Of a stretch of 64,000 nucleotides of DNA, positions 39,194 through 54,427 are shown one piece after another. A program made the position numbers and the translations under genes. Position 1 is the stretch's first letter. The number at the start of each line of letters is the position of its first letter. The notes under the pieces were generated by a model. That model was not told the DNA's origin. It was given only the letters and a program-made list of their open reading frames with translations, and searched no databases. This stretch comes from Callorhinchus milii (taxonomy: Eukaryota): contig NW_024704743.1 in assembly GCF_018977255.1 (NCBI RefSeq), positions 101,124,001 through 101,188,000 of the forward strand, given 5' to 3'.

Positions 39194-42100
39194 AAACCAA
39201 TGTTTAAATAGATGCTGAATGTCTCTGGATGCACAGCACAAAGATGCAGCAATAATTTCTGACAGTGCAGTCTAAAATGCAGCCATTCCAAAAGGGTAAT
39301 AAATAAGGAATCCTGCTTGAAATCACTGCGTTTCACACGTTATTTCGAAGCACAGACCATCTGACGTTCAAAGCAAAAATAGCCTTTTTTTTGATACATT
39401 TGTTGAACTGTGGAATTGAATATGTGCTCTCTTCACATGATTTAAAACTTCCGGATCTTGATAAACAGCCATTTATCATTTTGAGAACACTGACATGAGA
39501 AGGTTTGCTTCATCTTAATAAACAAAAAAAACTGATGGGTCTTATCAAAAGTGATGGTCTGTTTGCTGAATGGCTAACTATATATCTGGATGACATGCTA
39601 CAAAGATTTACTACAGACTGATAGTGAAGGAATTGGACAGTAGAGGAGAAATGCTGTGTTATCTTTAATGCTGAGATCGCCAAATTAAAGTATCATAATA
39701 TTAAATGTAAGATGAGCCTATTTATACTGTACTCTACATGTGTTTAATGAGAATTATAATACTATTTTTAAGCACTCCAGGACACTACCCCAGGTGAAGA
39801 GCGCTATATAAATGCAAGTTGTTGTTCTTGTTGTTGTTGAATTATTTGAATTAGATTTACATATTCAACATGGGGCACTTAACAGGGATGTCACTAATAT
39901 TTGTACTTTTTATGTTGTCTTTAAAACATTAATGATTTGATAATTCTGTTGTTATCTTCTAGTATTTTCAGACACAAATAGTTTATTATAGATAAATCAA
40001 TGATTGTTCTACTGTATCGCACCAAAGATAAAATATACTTTTTTAGTGAGTACATTTTAATAAATGGGACATTTAATAGTGTGCTAATCAAGTGGATTAT
40101 CCAGTAATTTTCATATTTGTGGTATCTCCTTTCTTTGGAACCATTGTTGTGATAGAACCAGTCCATTGTAGTGAATAATCTCTTTTCCAGTGCCTGAGAA
40201 ATAGTGCTGATTCGTGTATCTCCAGTACATTCAAATCATTTGTCGTTCAGTTAATGCTTTTCGGCTTTTGTTTCTTTTGGTGCTTGGTGTTGTTAACAAG
40301 ATACTCAAGGCAACGTATATTGCATTGGATTATTTGTAGAGTGTTTTAAGCACTCCAAGATGCCGTCTGGCATGAAGGGTGCTATATAAATGCAAGTTGT
40401 TGTTGTTTGTTGTGTCGTAACTGTTCAAGGTGTTGAGGTTTGCTCTCCATGGCTATCTTGGCTTCCAACAAGTTTTATATCTTAAATTGTTGATGACGAC
40501 TTCAACCTGTGTTTTATCTATATTTTCTCCACCATAGTCTTTCCCTGAACTGTTCCTCCAGCTTATGAAGCTGTCTTGAGTTGCATACTTTACATCTTTC
40601 TAGATCTATCCCACTCTTGTAGGCACTGTATAAATGCAGATTGTCACAGGATCTTGGTTGATGTTTCCTCTCCCTAGCCCATGTGATAGCAAGGCCACTT
40701 TCAGCACCCTCCCACCTCTTTTCTAACAAGACAAACTAGGAATTGTTGTTGTTTTATCTTGAGCTTACAGCATTTACATTGACTTTTATCTTGATTTTGA
40801 GCCCAAAAAGTCCAGCAAATGTTTTGGCTTGGTCTAAATAAAAATTTGTCGATGGTTATTGCTTCTCACAATGTTTTACTTCATTGTTGATTTAAAATAA
40901 AATCTGCTGGGTGCCAGATAAGCACAAAATACCTATTTACTTTTTATTTGGTATAGTTGTTTTTATATCAATAAAACAACACTAATATTTTCGATAAACC
41001 TAGCAACATAAACAATAAAAACAAGAACTTGTGTTTATATAGCACCCTTCATAGAGAGTAGCATCTTGGAATGCTGAAAGCTTTTTATATTCTATGGTTT
41101 TAATTTTAATGTTCACTCCACTTTGCACAGAGGCAAATTGCTTCATTCGGTCCCCCAAAACACTTTAAAATGCTATTCACGTTAACGCTAGTGATTGCTG
41201 TGGAAGACATGATAAATAATTACGATTACAAGATGATTGCAGATGTATTACAATATTAAGATGAGATATGTAGTGCATCATCATCACATTTGAAAAGCTG
41301 TTGATTTTTTAAAGCTGCTTACCTTACCCCTCTTCTGAAAGCAACAACTTCATGAATGATATGACTGCACATTTGCTAGATGCAAACATAAGCAGCTACG
41401 TGGTACCTCATCAAAGTTCTTCATGTGTAAGTCAAGGTAATGTGTGTCAGTCATCTACTTGACTGTGGTGAATCCAGTTCGATTATGTCTTTACCCAACA
41501 CTTGCTTCAGGTAAAGGATTCGTCGGATGGCAATGAAGATTAGGGTCTTGGCTGACTTTTCCACTCCCTAGACAATGGAAAGAAAGGCCAATTTCAGAAT
41601 CCTTCCATCCCTTTTCTAACCAAACAGACTAAAAGTTTACATTAAATGACTGAATACCTCACCCTAAAAAGAATTTATCCACTGCACATATGGAGGAGTT
41701 GGTCACAGAAGCTGATTAACGTCTGGAACGGGTTATGTTAAAGTGTGGTAGAGGACCAATATTGGATTAATTTAAGAAATGTCTTCATGTCATAATGGGG
41801 AGATGATGGTAGGGTGGGTATTACGGAAGGATCTTTTCCACTTCTTGTGACCTAAGTTTCTCCTTAGTTTTGAAACAAAATTTGGTTAAAAAAAGTTAAA
41901 CAGTACTAAGGGTCAAATATTGTAGCTATTATCTGTTGTGATATACTGTACTTGTCTATCAACATGAAACAAGAGGGATGTTCACAAACAGCCACAAAGT
42001 GAATGATCGATTTTATCTGGGGGATTGTTCACCAGGGCACCTGGAGGAACCCCTTATTTCCAGCGCTTTGGGACATCCTTCCGATGTGAAAGGCACTCTA

Positions 42101-43264
42101 AAAATGTAATTTTGTTGTTGTTGTTCTTTGAATAGTGCCATGGGATCTTTCATCCATCTGAATAGGCGGACAGTTTAACACCTCATTCGGAAGAATGGCA
42201 CCTCAAACAATGCAGTGTTCCCACACAACTTTATTGAGAGATACTGTATATGGATACAGAAAATGTTAAACCTACCTGACATGAAGGAAAGTTGGGGAAA
42301 AAGGAGAACAACAACAACAAATTCACATTTATGTAGTGCTTTCCCCATCACTAGGAAGTCCCAAGGTGCTGGCAAGGCACCCATAAGCAAAGTCAACTTA
42401 TTTCAGTCTTAATTGTTTATGGTTTTAAATGGCGATTATCACCATTGGCAACGAGAATACACCCAGAAAAGCCAGACATATCTTCACAATAATTTTGCTT
42501 CCTTTTGTTATATAATGATGCTTTTCAACACAAATAGTTTTGTTATATAGTCTTAAAGAACGGGAAAAGCTTTCATGACAATGTTATTGCAGAATTCATT
42601 TCTGCTTAAATGTCATGTTATTTTGCTCAGTCTGCTTCATCTACCTAATTCACTGCCGAGGGCTAAGCACTAATAAACTGTGCACCGATTGTTAATTTTA
42701 GCCAATTTGTCTTTGCGTGTTTATAAATAAATGTAATGTAATTTTAAAAGTATCATTTAATTTTAGTGCTTAATCTATATCATGGATTTGGCTGCATGAA
42801 GCACTTCAAGCAAAATTGCCTCATAGAGAATAATGGATACCTGGGAATGATTGTACAATTAAAGTGAGCCCTAACTAATTTATCTGTACCCTGAAGCTGC
42901 ATTGAGGCTTATGTTCACTTCTTAGAATCATTTTCACACTGAAGGATTAATAATTTGCAACTTAATGACTCATGTCTAAAAGAAAATGTCGATTACTGGA
43001 CTATTTATGTGTTGCAGTACATTTTTTTTAACTGTGTTGTATCCTCATTGTAAGCAGTTTATTTTTCCTTTTCTATTTCTTGTCTTCTTAAAATCCTCAT
43101 CTCTTTCTCTGAGAGGCACTTGTACCTTCCTGTTGTATTTAGCAAACATTGCTCTACAGCCACACTGCCTGGTCAGTCAAAGAATTACAGCAACATGAGA
43201 ACTGCATAAGGTGCAGAAGAGCAATGAGAACCAACAGTTAACAAACATAAATCTATAAAGATGG

Positions 43265-43980
43265 GAAGGCATAGGATATAAAATCATAAAGATGATGCTT
43301 GTATAAATTGGTTCATAGACCACAGTGTCTAGTTTTAGTCAACCACTTTAGGAAGGATGTTGGAGTCATGGAGAGAGTGAAGGGGTCATTTTCTGTGAGA
43401 ATATGCGGATGCGCACGATATGCACCCACAAATATATGGTCAATTCACTTTACAGTATGTTCTGTGAAGCGCTTTGAGACGTCAAGAAGACGTGAAAAAG
43501 CGCTATATCAAATGCAAGGATTATTATTTATTATTATATTATGAGTGGTTTAGCCTCTGAGCAGAATTGAGAAGAACTGGGCTTATTACCATTGGAACAG
43601 AAGAGGCTGAGAGGAAACCTGATGGAAGTTTTAAAAAATATAATGGGTTTTGATAGAACGGATCGAGAGAAATTTATTTCCATGGGTTGGTAAGTCAGTG
43701 TTGATGGTGCATCGATTTAAAATAGTTAGCTAGGAAGCTTGGGGGAGATTAGGAGGTCTTTTTTACACATAGTATTGTTAGGATCTGCCTAACCAATTTG
43801 CGATTACCTTGCCGATTTGGGTGTTCAAGGCAGAATCCCTATGAGCTTTCAATAAAAAAAACTATATAGGTATCTGAAATAAATAATTTGGAGGGGTTTG
43901 AAGCAAAGGCAGATAAATGAGACTGAATAGGTCGCTCTTTTGAAGAGCCAGCACAGATATGATGGAATGAACATGCTGTA
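43265..43980 (+). mobile_element. Degraded CR1 fragment interrupted by a SINE 3' half (about 43420-43540)
   Basis: Residual similarity to the CR1 copies (gaagaggctgagaggaaacctgatggaagttttaaaa). Inserted SINE tail gtgaagcgctttgagacgtc...caaggattattatt. Confidence 0.7.
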
Positions 43981-44389
43981 AATGTCTACAGTTCCATTTC
44001 TGTTTTCCAATTCATTTGCCTTTCACTGCAGAGCAGTTTTGGCTAAACATAGAATTAGAAAAATACAATATTTAATGATATTTAATAATGTTTCACATAA
44101 TTTACTTACACAATATGCTTATGTGCCTCTGTGTCAAACAGACACTTTTCCCAAATAGCTACTTATGAGCCAGACATTAAGTTTGTGTGACTTTTTTTCT
44201 GTCTCCACTCAAGAGTTAAAATCAGATGAGATGTTAAACTGATGTTTGTGTGTTTTTTCTTCAGGTTAAAGATCCCAAGGCTGTTTCGCCCGATGTCCTA
44301 GCCAACAACCCTTCAAATTAAATGGCTGTTTGTCACATCAAGGGCTACCAGATTTGCCTACAAACAATTACCACGTTTGACAATAAATT

Positions 44390-44752
44390 ATAATAATAAT
44401 AACCCTTGCAGTTGATAAAGCGCCTAATCATGTCTTTGTGACATCTCAAATACTTCACGGAATGTATTGTAAAGTGAATTGACTGTATATTTTGTGGGCG
44501 AACGTGGCAGCCAATTATGCACAGCGGTATCCCACAAACAGTCGTGGATTGAGTGACCAAATTTTTATTTATTTTTAAGGAATTATTACCCCCGGAAAAG
44601 CTAATCGACCAACAACTAGGTTCCTACTTATTGCTAGGTAAACAGAGGTGTGTGGAGTAAGGAAACTTGCCCAACGTTTCGCCCTGCCGGGAATCAAACC
44701 CATGCCCTCTCGCTTGTGGGTGAGTGCTCTAACCACTGAGCTACAGGACTCC
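44390..44752 (-). mobile_element. Full-length SINE, long variant with an extra internal segment (ccccggaaaagc...ggttcctacttattgctaggtaaacaga)
   Basis: Head, core and tail present. The extra segment is shared with copies at 1205-1492, 17885-18172 and 37040-37212. Confidence 0.9.
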
Positions 44753-45714
44753 GAATTATTGTGAAGCATTTGAGATATTGTATTTCAACATTATGGGTAC
44801 CATAAAACTGCGATTTCTTTTTTATTTCAGAAAACACAACCACATTTGGCACTAAATGGCGTCTGCTATTACTGCTTCCAACAATTTTGACTGACCTTGA
44901 ATGTTTTGAAGATGCTGAAATACATTTTGTGCTGTGTTCAGCGTTAGGTATCAGTTATCAGGAACTCCATGCAATTGATGCTCTAGAACTCCCTCACTGA
45001 GTAATGAAAACTGTTACATAATAATCACTGATATACTGCGATTTAATCTGCTGTTGATTGCTAACAAAAAAGAGATTATATAAATTGAAACAAATAAATG
45101 TAATATTCTATTCGTATAAAATGGTCATTTGACCAGTAGATGGTGGTCTTGTACTCCCAAACCAAATATTCTTATTTAAAACAGGTTTTTAGCTTAAAAA
45201 ACTGTAGTTTTGTGATTTCTCTTAGACTTCTTCTTTCCCTACCTATTCCTTCTTCTTTAAATCCTCTCCAGAAGATGTTTGACTTATTTTTACTTCTCCC
45301 CCTGGACTCGAGTACTTTATGATACCGAGGCCAAATTCCCATTGTTCAAATTGATTCTTTAAGGGTGTATCGAGAAGCCATTTATCTGTGGGAGACATCA
45401 CAGCCGAACCTGATCACATCTTCTAAACTACAGCTAAATGGCAAGCAGGAGCTTGAGCCTTGGTGGATTTTCCTCTCCCTAAATCGAGATCTTGAAGCAA
45501 ATTGTATCATTGTTAATGGACCTTGGTTGAGATCAACTAATTCAGATCAGATCTCTCTAACTTTACCTTTCCAATTTCTGTTGACTGTTTAAGTAATGAT
45601 AGATACTGAGATTAATGAAACGGATTGTCGGATATTAGATCAATATGAGAAGCAAGTAAGATTACTTCATTCATAACATTTCGCCCCAAAAACATAGTCA
45701 ATTCATTTTACGGT

Positions 45715-46592
45715 ATAAGTTACAAAGGGACTTAGACAGATTAAGTGAGTGGGCAAAGCTGTGGCAGATGGAGTTCAATGTAGGGAAGTGTGAGGTCATC
45801 CATTATGGACAGAAAAAAGATAAAGCAGAATATTTGCTTAATGGGGAGAAATTAAGAACTGTGGAGGAGCAAAGAGATTTGGGTGTCCAAATCCACACAT
45901 CAGTAAAAACTAGTTCCCAGGTGCAAAAAAAATCAAAAGACGAATGGAATGTTGGCCCTTATCTCAAGGGGTCTGGAATACAAAGGGGAAGAAATAATGC
46001 TTCAGCTGTATAGAGAGTTAGTCAGACCCCCATCTGCAGTACTGCGTTCAGTTTGGGAACCACACCTCAGGAAAGATATATAGGCTATGAAGGGAGTGCA
46101 GCACAGGTTTACCAGAATGTTACCAGGCCTAAAAGGGTTAAGTTACAAGGAAAGGCAGCAAAAACTTGGATTGTATTCCCTTGAGTTTAGAAGGTTGAGG
46201 AATGAAGTGATTGAGGTATTTAAAATGATGAAGTGATTCAATAGGGTAGATACAGTGAAGCTATTTCCTCTGATGGGGGAATCCAAAACAAGGGGACATA
46301 GTCTTAAAATTAGAACCAGACCTTTTAAAAGTAAAATCAGGAATCGTTTTTCATTCAGGTTGGTGAAAATCTGGAATCCTTTCCCCCAAAAAGCCGTGGA
46401 TGCTGGATCCATTCACACCTTCAAGAATAAGGTTGATAGATTTTTGGTGGGTCAGGGTATTAAGGAATATGGGGAGAAAGAGGGAAATTGGAATTGAAAG
46501 GATTAGTTGAGGTACAGATCAGCCATGATCTGATTAAATAGTGGAACAGGCTCGAAAGGTTGAATGGTCTCCACCTGTTCCTACGTTCCTAC
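45715..46592 (+). mobile_element. CR1-clade LINE 3' fragment (degraded ORF2 C-terminus and 3' UTR)
   Basis: WQMEFNVGKCEVIH, TRGHSLKI and IWNPFPQKAVDA motifs with frameshifts and stops. 3' UTR similar to the copy at 52070-52150. Confidence 0.9.
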
Positions 46593-48899
46593 ATTCTGTG
46601 AAGCCCTTTTTAGACACCTAGAAGATGTGATAAGGCACTATATCAAATGTAAGGATTATTATTAGTATTATTAACTAAATATTTTGAGTTTGAAATTTTA
46701 TAATATTTAAATAAGAATAACCCTTACTTTTGATATAGTGCCTTATTGCATTGTCAAAATGTCTCAAAACATCATCAAACTACAACTTGCATTTATACAG
46801 CACCTTTCGTGTGGGGTAGCATCTTGGAGCACTGAAGCTCAAAACACTTCACAGGAATCACTGGAAAGTATACGGGACTGTGTATTTATAAACTAATGCA
46901 GCAATCAATTTGTCCACAGCATTGTCCTGCAAACAGTTACAAAGTGAATGACCAATTTTATCAGGGAGATTGTTGGCCAAGACATTGGGCAAATATGTCA
47001 TGGATTTTTTAATATTCAATTGAACAGGCAAACTGGATTTCAGTTTGATGTTGTGTCCATAGGATGACACCTCCAATAATACAGCACACTCCAAACACTT
47101 TTTGGAGTGTAAACCTAGATTATGAGCACAAAGCACTGACATAAGGCTTGAGATCATAATTTATTTAAAGAGCTAAAAAGCCTTTTCTTGTTTCTACTCT
47201 CTCTTCTCGTGAGTCCTAATTTGTTGAGATTGAAGAGTTTGAAGTAGTAATGCAGAAACTTGTTGCGCTTCAAACTGTAACAGATAGATTTGCAGTGAGC
47301 TCCACATTGAGTTCCTCACAACAGTGTTTGTTCGGGAAATTATTGATTGAAGCGGAAGAAGCTCAGGCACTCACCACATAGAGATACAAATGATAGCTTT
47401 CCTATCTGCATACATTCTTTGATCATTAAAGAATATTTTATCAACTGGAAACTTTTCAGTAAACATCAGTTTGGACTGCAAACCAGTTCTGATTTTGGAG
47501 AATGGTTTCCCTCTCAGGCTTCTCACTGTGAATTTGGCTGCCATTTATTTTTATTTTAGTAAAAACTAATGTTTGATGTGCAGCCACCACTGAAGTTTAT
47601 TCACTTTCATTTTTTTATGTTTGGGCCAGTACAGTATTTGAGACTCATGTTTTTGTGCAATGCTACTCAGATACACAAGTTGGGAGTGAAACAGAAATCA
47701 AGTTTGTTATAATGCTTCAGTTGTGCTTTACTGTTAATGCTTTACCAATGTTATTGCTTCACCATCTGCTTACATGAAACAAAAACAAGCAAGGGTGTCC
47801 AAAGGATTAAAATATCAATAAACTCAAAAATGCTCATGGACAGAAACAAGACTGTAACCTGACTCCCGGTTACAAGAAGGCAGGCATTACAATTTCCTGT
47901 TAGATGTCAGAATTTAATATATGATTATTTTGGTTTCAAAATTTCACAAGTACATAAGAGATCATAAGAGGTTTGGATTAAGAAAACCATCAACCTGTTT
48001 AATAATAATTAATAATTATCACGAACTGGAAAGTGCAATAACTGTGATTTTTCCATGAACACAGCAGTCAATTTGTACACAGCAATGTCCTACAAACAAC
48101 CATGAAGTGAATTACCATTTTTTTAAATGAGATTTTATACTTCCAAAATACCAACCATAATGTGTGCTATCAAGCCATTTGTTAAATGATTCAGGTGTCC
48201 TGGTTTATTTCATTCTTTCATGTTGAACTCTTTCCAGCTGTTGATTACTCTCTGTGTAAAGAAACACCTCCTGGTGTCTATGAATATTTTCCAGGTTCCT
48301 CTATTCAATTTATCAATATTGTATACCTCTATGAAGTCATCTCTGCAGTAAGACTTTTCAATTCTGAATCGCCTTGGGTTATATAATTGCTTCTCACACT
48401 TCATCTCTTCAATGATGTAAGCTCTTTGAGATGTCCTCCTGACATGAAAGGTGCTATATAAATGTACGTATTATTGTATTATTTTATTATCTGAGTAATA
48501 GTATTATCTGGATGGATATGGGGAGTGGCTTTCAAAAATAGGATCAGAAAAACCAGGGAATATGAGAAATATTGTATGTATCTGAGATATCACTAGTGTT
48601 GTCACAAGCTTCTGCTTACAAAAATAATAGTTCACTAAATATATAATCTTAGAAAAGGGATTAGTATCGTATTGCTGAGTTTTAATATTGAAAATCCTTT
48701 GCAATTATACTTTTGACTTATATTTTTGAACTGGTATACACCAGGGAGGCGATATTTTTCCACCTATTCTGTTCAAAATATTAGTCATGGAACCAGATTT
48801 AGGATTTCAAGGATTTCCTATGTTTGTTGAAAGACCATTGTGACGACTGAGCTGGTCTGTGCAATATTTGTGCAGGAAACTCCCTCGGAGATTCTTAGG

Positions 48900-49570
48900 C
48901 TCAGGAGATTCGCCGACTCTGCCACTGCCTCAGCCCTCAGGCTGCTGAAACCGTTACCCACGCATTCGTCACATCAAGGCTCGATTATGGAAAATCCCTC
49001 CTCATCGGCCTTCCCAACTCTTCCCTTCACAAGCTGCAGATCATCCCAAACTCTCCAGCTTGTGTACTCTCATGCAACAGGCTCCATAACGCTATCACTC
49101 CCACCCTTGCCCGACTCCACCGTCTCCCCATCCCTCAGAGGCTCGAATTCAAGATCCTTGTCCTCACTTTCAAGGCCATCCATGGCCTTGTCCCCTACTT
49201 TCTCTCTGACCTGCTGACTCCCTACCAACCTGCCTGCTCCATCCGTTCAGTGGGCTCCGGCCTGCTCCATGTTGCCTGCCAGAACCACCCTACCATCGAC
49301 GGCCGGGCTTGCAGCCTCTCTGCTCCCATGCTCTGTAACTCCATCCCACAGTTCCTTCACCTCGCTTCCTCCCTTGCCTCATTCAAGGCCGGTCTCAACA
49401 CCCTCCTCTTTGATCGTGCCTTTGGTCACCCTCCCAGCTCTCTGCCTTCCCTCACCCCTACCCCACCCCTCCCCCATGCTCGGATCCTGACCCCTGATTG
49501 TCCAGCACCTTGGGACGTCCTCCCGACGTGAAAGGCTTTCTATAAATGTAATGTTGTTTGTTGTTGTTGT
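48900..49570 (+). mobile_element. L2-clade LINE 3' fragment
   Basis: C-rich ORF2 remnant (ttcaagatccttgtcctcactttcaaggccatccatggcc) and tail cagcaccttgggacgtcctcccgacgtgaaaggc...(TTG)n. Confidence 0.85.
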
Positions 49571-50609
49571 CAGGCCATGAAGACCTTTATTTGTTTCTTG
49601 ATCCTCTTTAACAATTTTTCATTTTTCTTAACCTTCCTTGCACCTAGAACATAATTGTCAATTGAAACAGGTTACCGGGAAGGGTGTTGAGGCCAGGACA
49701 CTGGACACATTAAAAAAAATCTGGATGTTGTAATGGGAGGACTATAGGATGTCTATTGTGGAAAATTAGAACAAACCAGGCTGAAGGAACTTCTTCAACT
49801 GAACTCATCTTATAATTGTGTAACTCTGGTCAATGTTATAATATCAGATCCAATGAATATCACATGTAAACTCTGCCTAAAATTTCCTGTGAAATAGAAC
49901 CACATCCTTATATGTTCCATCTGTTTTTTCTGCTGTTTTCTATCTGATGTGCTTCTTTTACTGTCCTCATGTAACTTCTGACTCAGTTATCTCAAATGTA
50001 GAGAAGACTAAGCAAACATTTGACAACATTTTAGTCCAAGTCACTCATGGGTCAACACGTTATGTGTCAACTTGACTAAGTAAGTGCTGTGAGGACTAGT
50101 ACTTGGGATTTCATCCTCAAATAGACTTTGGCACTTTTGTTGTTCTACTAGGTTTGATTAAAGGCTTTAATGAGTTTGTAGCATCCATCAAAACAAATGC
50201 TATTGTCCCTACTAGTCAGCTATGAACTGAGCTTTATTGATATTCAAAACATGAAGCAGGATCACCTTTGAATTAATTATTCTTGTCACTACAATGAAGA
50301 GGTTTAGACCATTCATTCAAAGACATTCAAAAAAATAAATGCTATTATTTTTTGCTACACATCTGGCCTTCATTTACAAGTTGTAACTTGGCTAATGTGA
50401 TAACAACAGTATCACAGTTCATAGATCCTAGGCTTTCAATGTGCATGCAGAATTCTGAATTTTCAGAATTAACATATTTTTGGTTAGCTACATGCAGAAA
50501 TTCAATGCTATGTTTAAAAGTCTCCAAAACCTAGCTACTCAGAGTTCCTAACTATGTATGGTTTTTGTTTTGGTATGGAATGCTTGCGCTCTCCCCAGAG
50601 ACACTGCTT

Positions 50610-52150
50610 TGGAATATGAGGGCAAACTAGCGAAGAACATAAAGACAGACTGCAAGCGTCATTAAACGAGTACTTAGAAGACACTGAAAACCTACCAAGA
50701 ATAGAGAGGAACCAAGAAGACAATGTTAGCGAGCAACTTGGGGGAATTAATATTAGTAAAGAAATGGTTTTAGATAAATTGTCAGGTCTTAAAACTGATA
50801 AATCCCCTGGACCTGATGGCCTACATCCTACGGTTTTAAAAGAGGTGGCTACTGAGATAGTGGATGGCTTGTCTTTGATCTTCCAAAATTCTCTGGATTC
50901 TGGTACGGTTCCCATTGATTGGAAGATTGCAAACGTAACACCACTATTTAAGAAGGGTGGGAGAGAAAAGATGGGGAACTATAGACCAGTTAGTCTGACA
51001 TCAGTGGTAGGGAAAATTCTTGAGTCCTTAATTAAAGATGTCGTTATGGGATTCCTGGAAGACCATAACAAGATTAGGCAGAGTCAACATGGCTTTACAA
51101 AAGGGAAGTCATGCTTAACTAATCTTTTGGAGTTTTTTGAAGATGTATCTAGTAGCTTAGATAGGGGAGAACCAGTAGATGTAGTATATTTAGATTTTAA
51201 AAAGGCATTTGACAAAGTGCCACACAAAAGGCTATTGCACAAGGTTAAGGCCCACGGGATTCATGGGAACATATTAGCATGGATTGAAGAGTGGCTAACA
51301 GGTAGAAAACAGAAAGTAGGGATAAACGGGTCATTCTCGAATTGGCAGGATGTGACTAGTGGACTGCCACAAGGATCAGTGCTTACAGATTATTTTCTAG
51401 AGGGGGAGAGATTAAATAGCGTTAGTGTTCAGAGGGATTTGGGTGTGCTTGTACACCAGTCTCAAAAAATTAGTTTGCAGGTGCAGCAAGCAACTAAGAA
51501 GGCAAACGGCATGTTAGCGTTCATTGCAAAAGGTTTAGAGTACAAGTGTAGGGAAGTCTTGCTGCAACTGTATAGGGCCTTGGTGAGACGGCACCTAGAG
51601 TATTGTGTGCAGTTTTGGTCTCCTTATTTGAAAAAGGACATACTTGCCCTAGAGGGGGTGCAGTGTAGATTCACTCGGTTAGTTCCTGGGATGAGGGGAC
51701 TGACCTATGAGGATAGGCTGAATAAACTAGGGCTCTATTCTCTAGCGTACAGAAGAATTAGGGGAGATCTTATTGAAACATATAAGATTCCGAAAGGGCT
51801 GGATAAAGTAGACACTGAGGGTCTGTTTCCCCTGGTAGGAGAATCTATAACCAGGGGTCACAGTCTTAAAATTAAGGGTCAGCCTTTTAGAACAGAGTTG
51901 AGGAAACATTTCTTCACTCAGAGGGTAGTGAATTTATGGAATTCACTACCCCAGAAGGCTTCAGATGCTCAGTCCTTGAACATCTTCAAGGCTGAGACTG
52001 ATAGATTTTTAAAAAATAGAGGGATTAGGGGATATGGGGATAGGACAGGTAATTAGAGTTAGGTCTGAAGATCAGCCATGATCTTATCGAATGGCGGGGC
52101 AGGCTCGAGGGGCCGAATGGCCTACTCCTGCTCCTAATTCTTATGTTCTT
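50610..52150 (+). mobile_element. CR1-clade LINE, 5'-truncated, ORF2 reverse-transcriptase region with internal deletions and intact 3' UTR
   Basis: 430-aa ORF 50764-52056 with KSPGPDGLHP, GNYRPVSLTS, QHGF, YLDFKKAFDKVPH, PQGSVL, LEYCVQFWSP and FFTQRVVNLWNSLP. The 3' end reads gatcagccatgatctt...cctactcctgctcctaattcttatgttctt. Confidence 0.95.
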
Positions 52151-52666
52151 TACCGAATCCCAAGAGTTAGGTGCAGTTTGTCAAGAGCCAAACCTTGGGG
52201 ATCCCAGATTATGGATTGGGTTTCTGCAAGAATTGTTCAGCTGGGAGCACACTACCTAGTAAGGCTTTGGCTTCCAGGGTTAACAGGAGAAAGAATCCCA
52301 GCCCACAGTAATTAACATTCAAGGCTAGACTTGTTGGAATCATTGTTTTTGTCTTACAATATTGAAACTACTATTTACCAATTTAGCTGCAAGGATAGAA
52401 ATGCACATCAGAATGTTTTTCTGCCAATTGATTGGTCCATAGAACACATCAATGGAACATAGCCTGTAGAATCGATATGAAAGATCTACATAAATATTGG
52501 ATATTACTCAAAATAGTTGAACTGTTTCCCAAATTTCAAAACCCAACAGAAATTGGAATAGCTACATTTCACTCCAATAATGTTGTCAGTCAGTTGACAC
52601 TCAGTTGGTGGCCCTCTTGCCTCTAAATCAGAAGGTTCTGAGTTCAAGCCCCACATTGGGACTTCA

Positions 52667-52912
52667 TAGAATCATACAATTATACAGCACAGAAAGCCAT
52701 TTGGCCCATCGTGTCTGTGCCGGCTCTTTAAAAAGTGTTATCCAAATCAATCCCACTCCCCAGTGCTCTCCGCGTAGCCCTGCAAGCTGATCCTCCCGAA
52801 ATAAAATTATCTATTTCTCTCTTAAAAGTTGCTGGTGAATCGGCTTCCACCACCCTTTTAGGCAATGCGTTCCAGATCTGAATAACTCACTGTGTGAAAA
52901 AATTTCTCCTCT
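52667..52912 (-). mobile_element. CR1-type LINE 3' end; shorter similar pieces at about 2075-2200 and 5822-5910
   Basis: Reverse complement gives ttttttcacacagtgagtt...gatctggaacgcattgcc...gagccggcacagacacgatgggccaaatggc, a CR1 3' terminus. Confidence 0.7.
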
Positions 52913-53339
52913 TTTAACAACTATTTTAAAGTTCTAACTCATAGTCGTCATTGTTGATACTCCAATACAATGGGGTGTACAGCGGGGTGTGCTGCTTTAT
53001 TTAACCCTCCCTCCCTCCACACCTTCGAACCTGTCTCACCACCACTATGACCCACATGAAACCGACCACCTGCTCCCTCGACCCCATCCCTGCCCCTCTC
53101 CTTGACCTCCCAGCTCCACCTCCTTGCCCCTCTACTCACAGCCATCATAAACCTGTTCGCTGGTGCCGTTCCCACCCCTTTAAAAACGGCCATTATCATT
53201 CCTTTCTTTAAAAAAAAACTCTCTCTGGACCCATTGCTGCTCTCAAACTACCGCCCCACCTCCAACCTCCCTTTCCTCTCCTCACTGAACAGGTTGAGGT
53301 TCCCCTGTCATTCATTCATTCATTCATTCTCTCTCTCTC

Positions 53340-54427
<1,088 letters not shown>

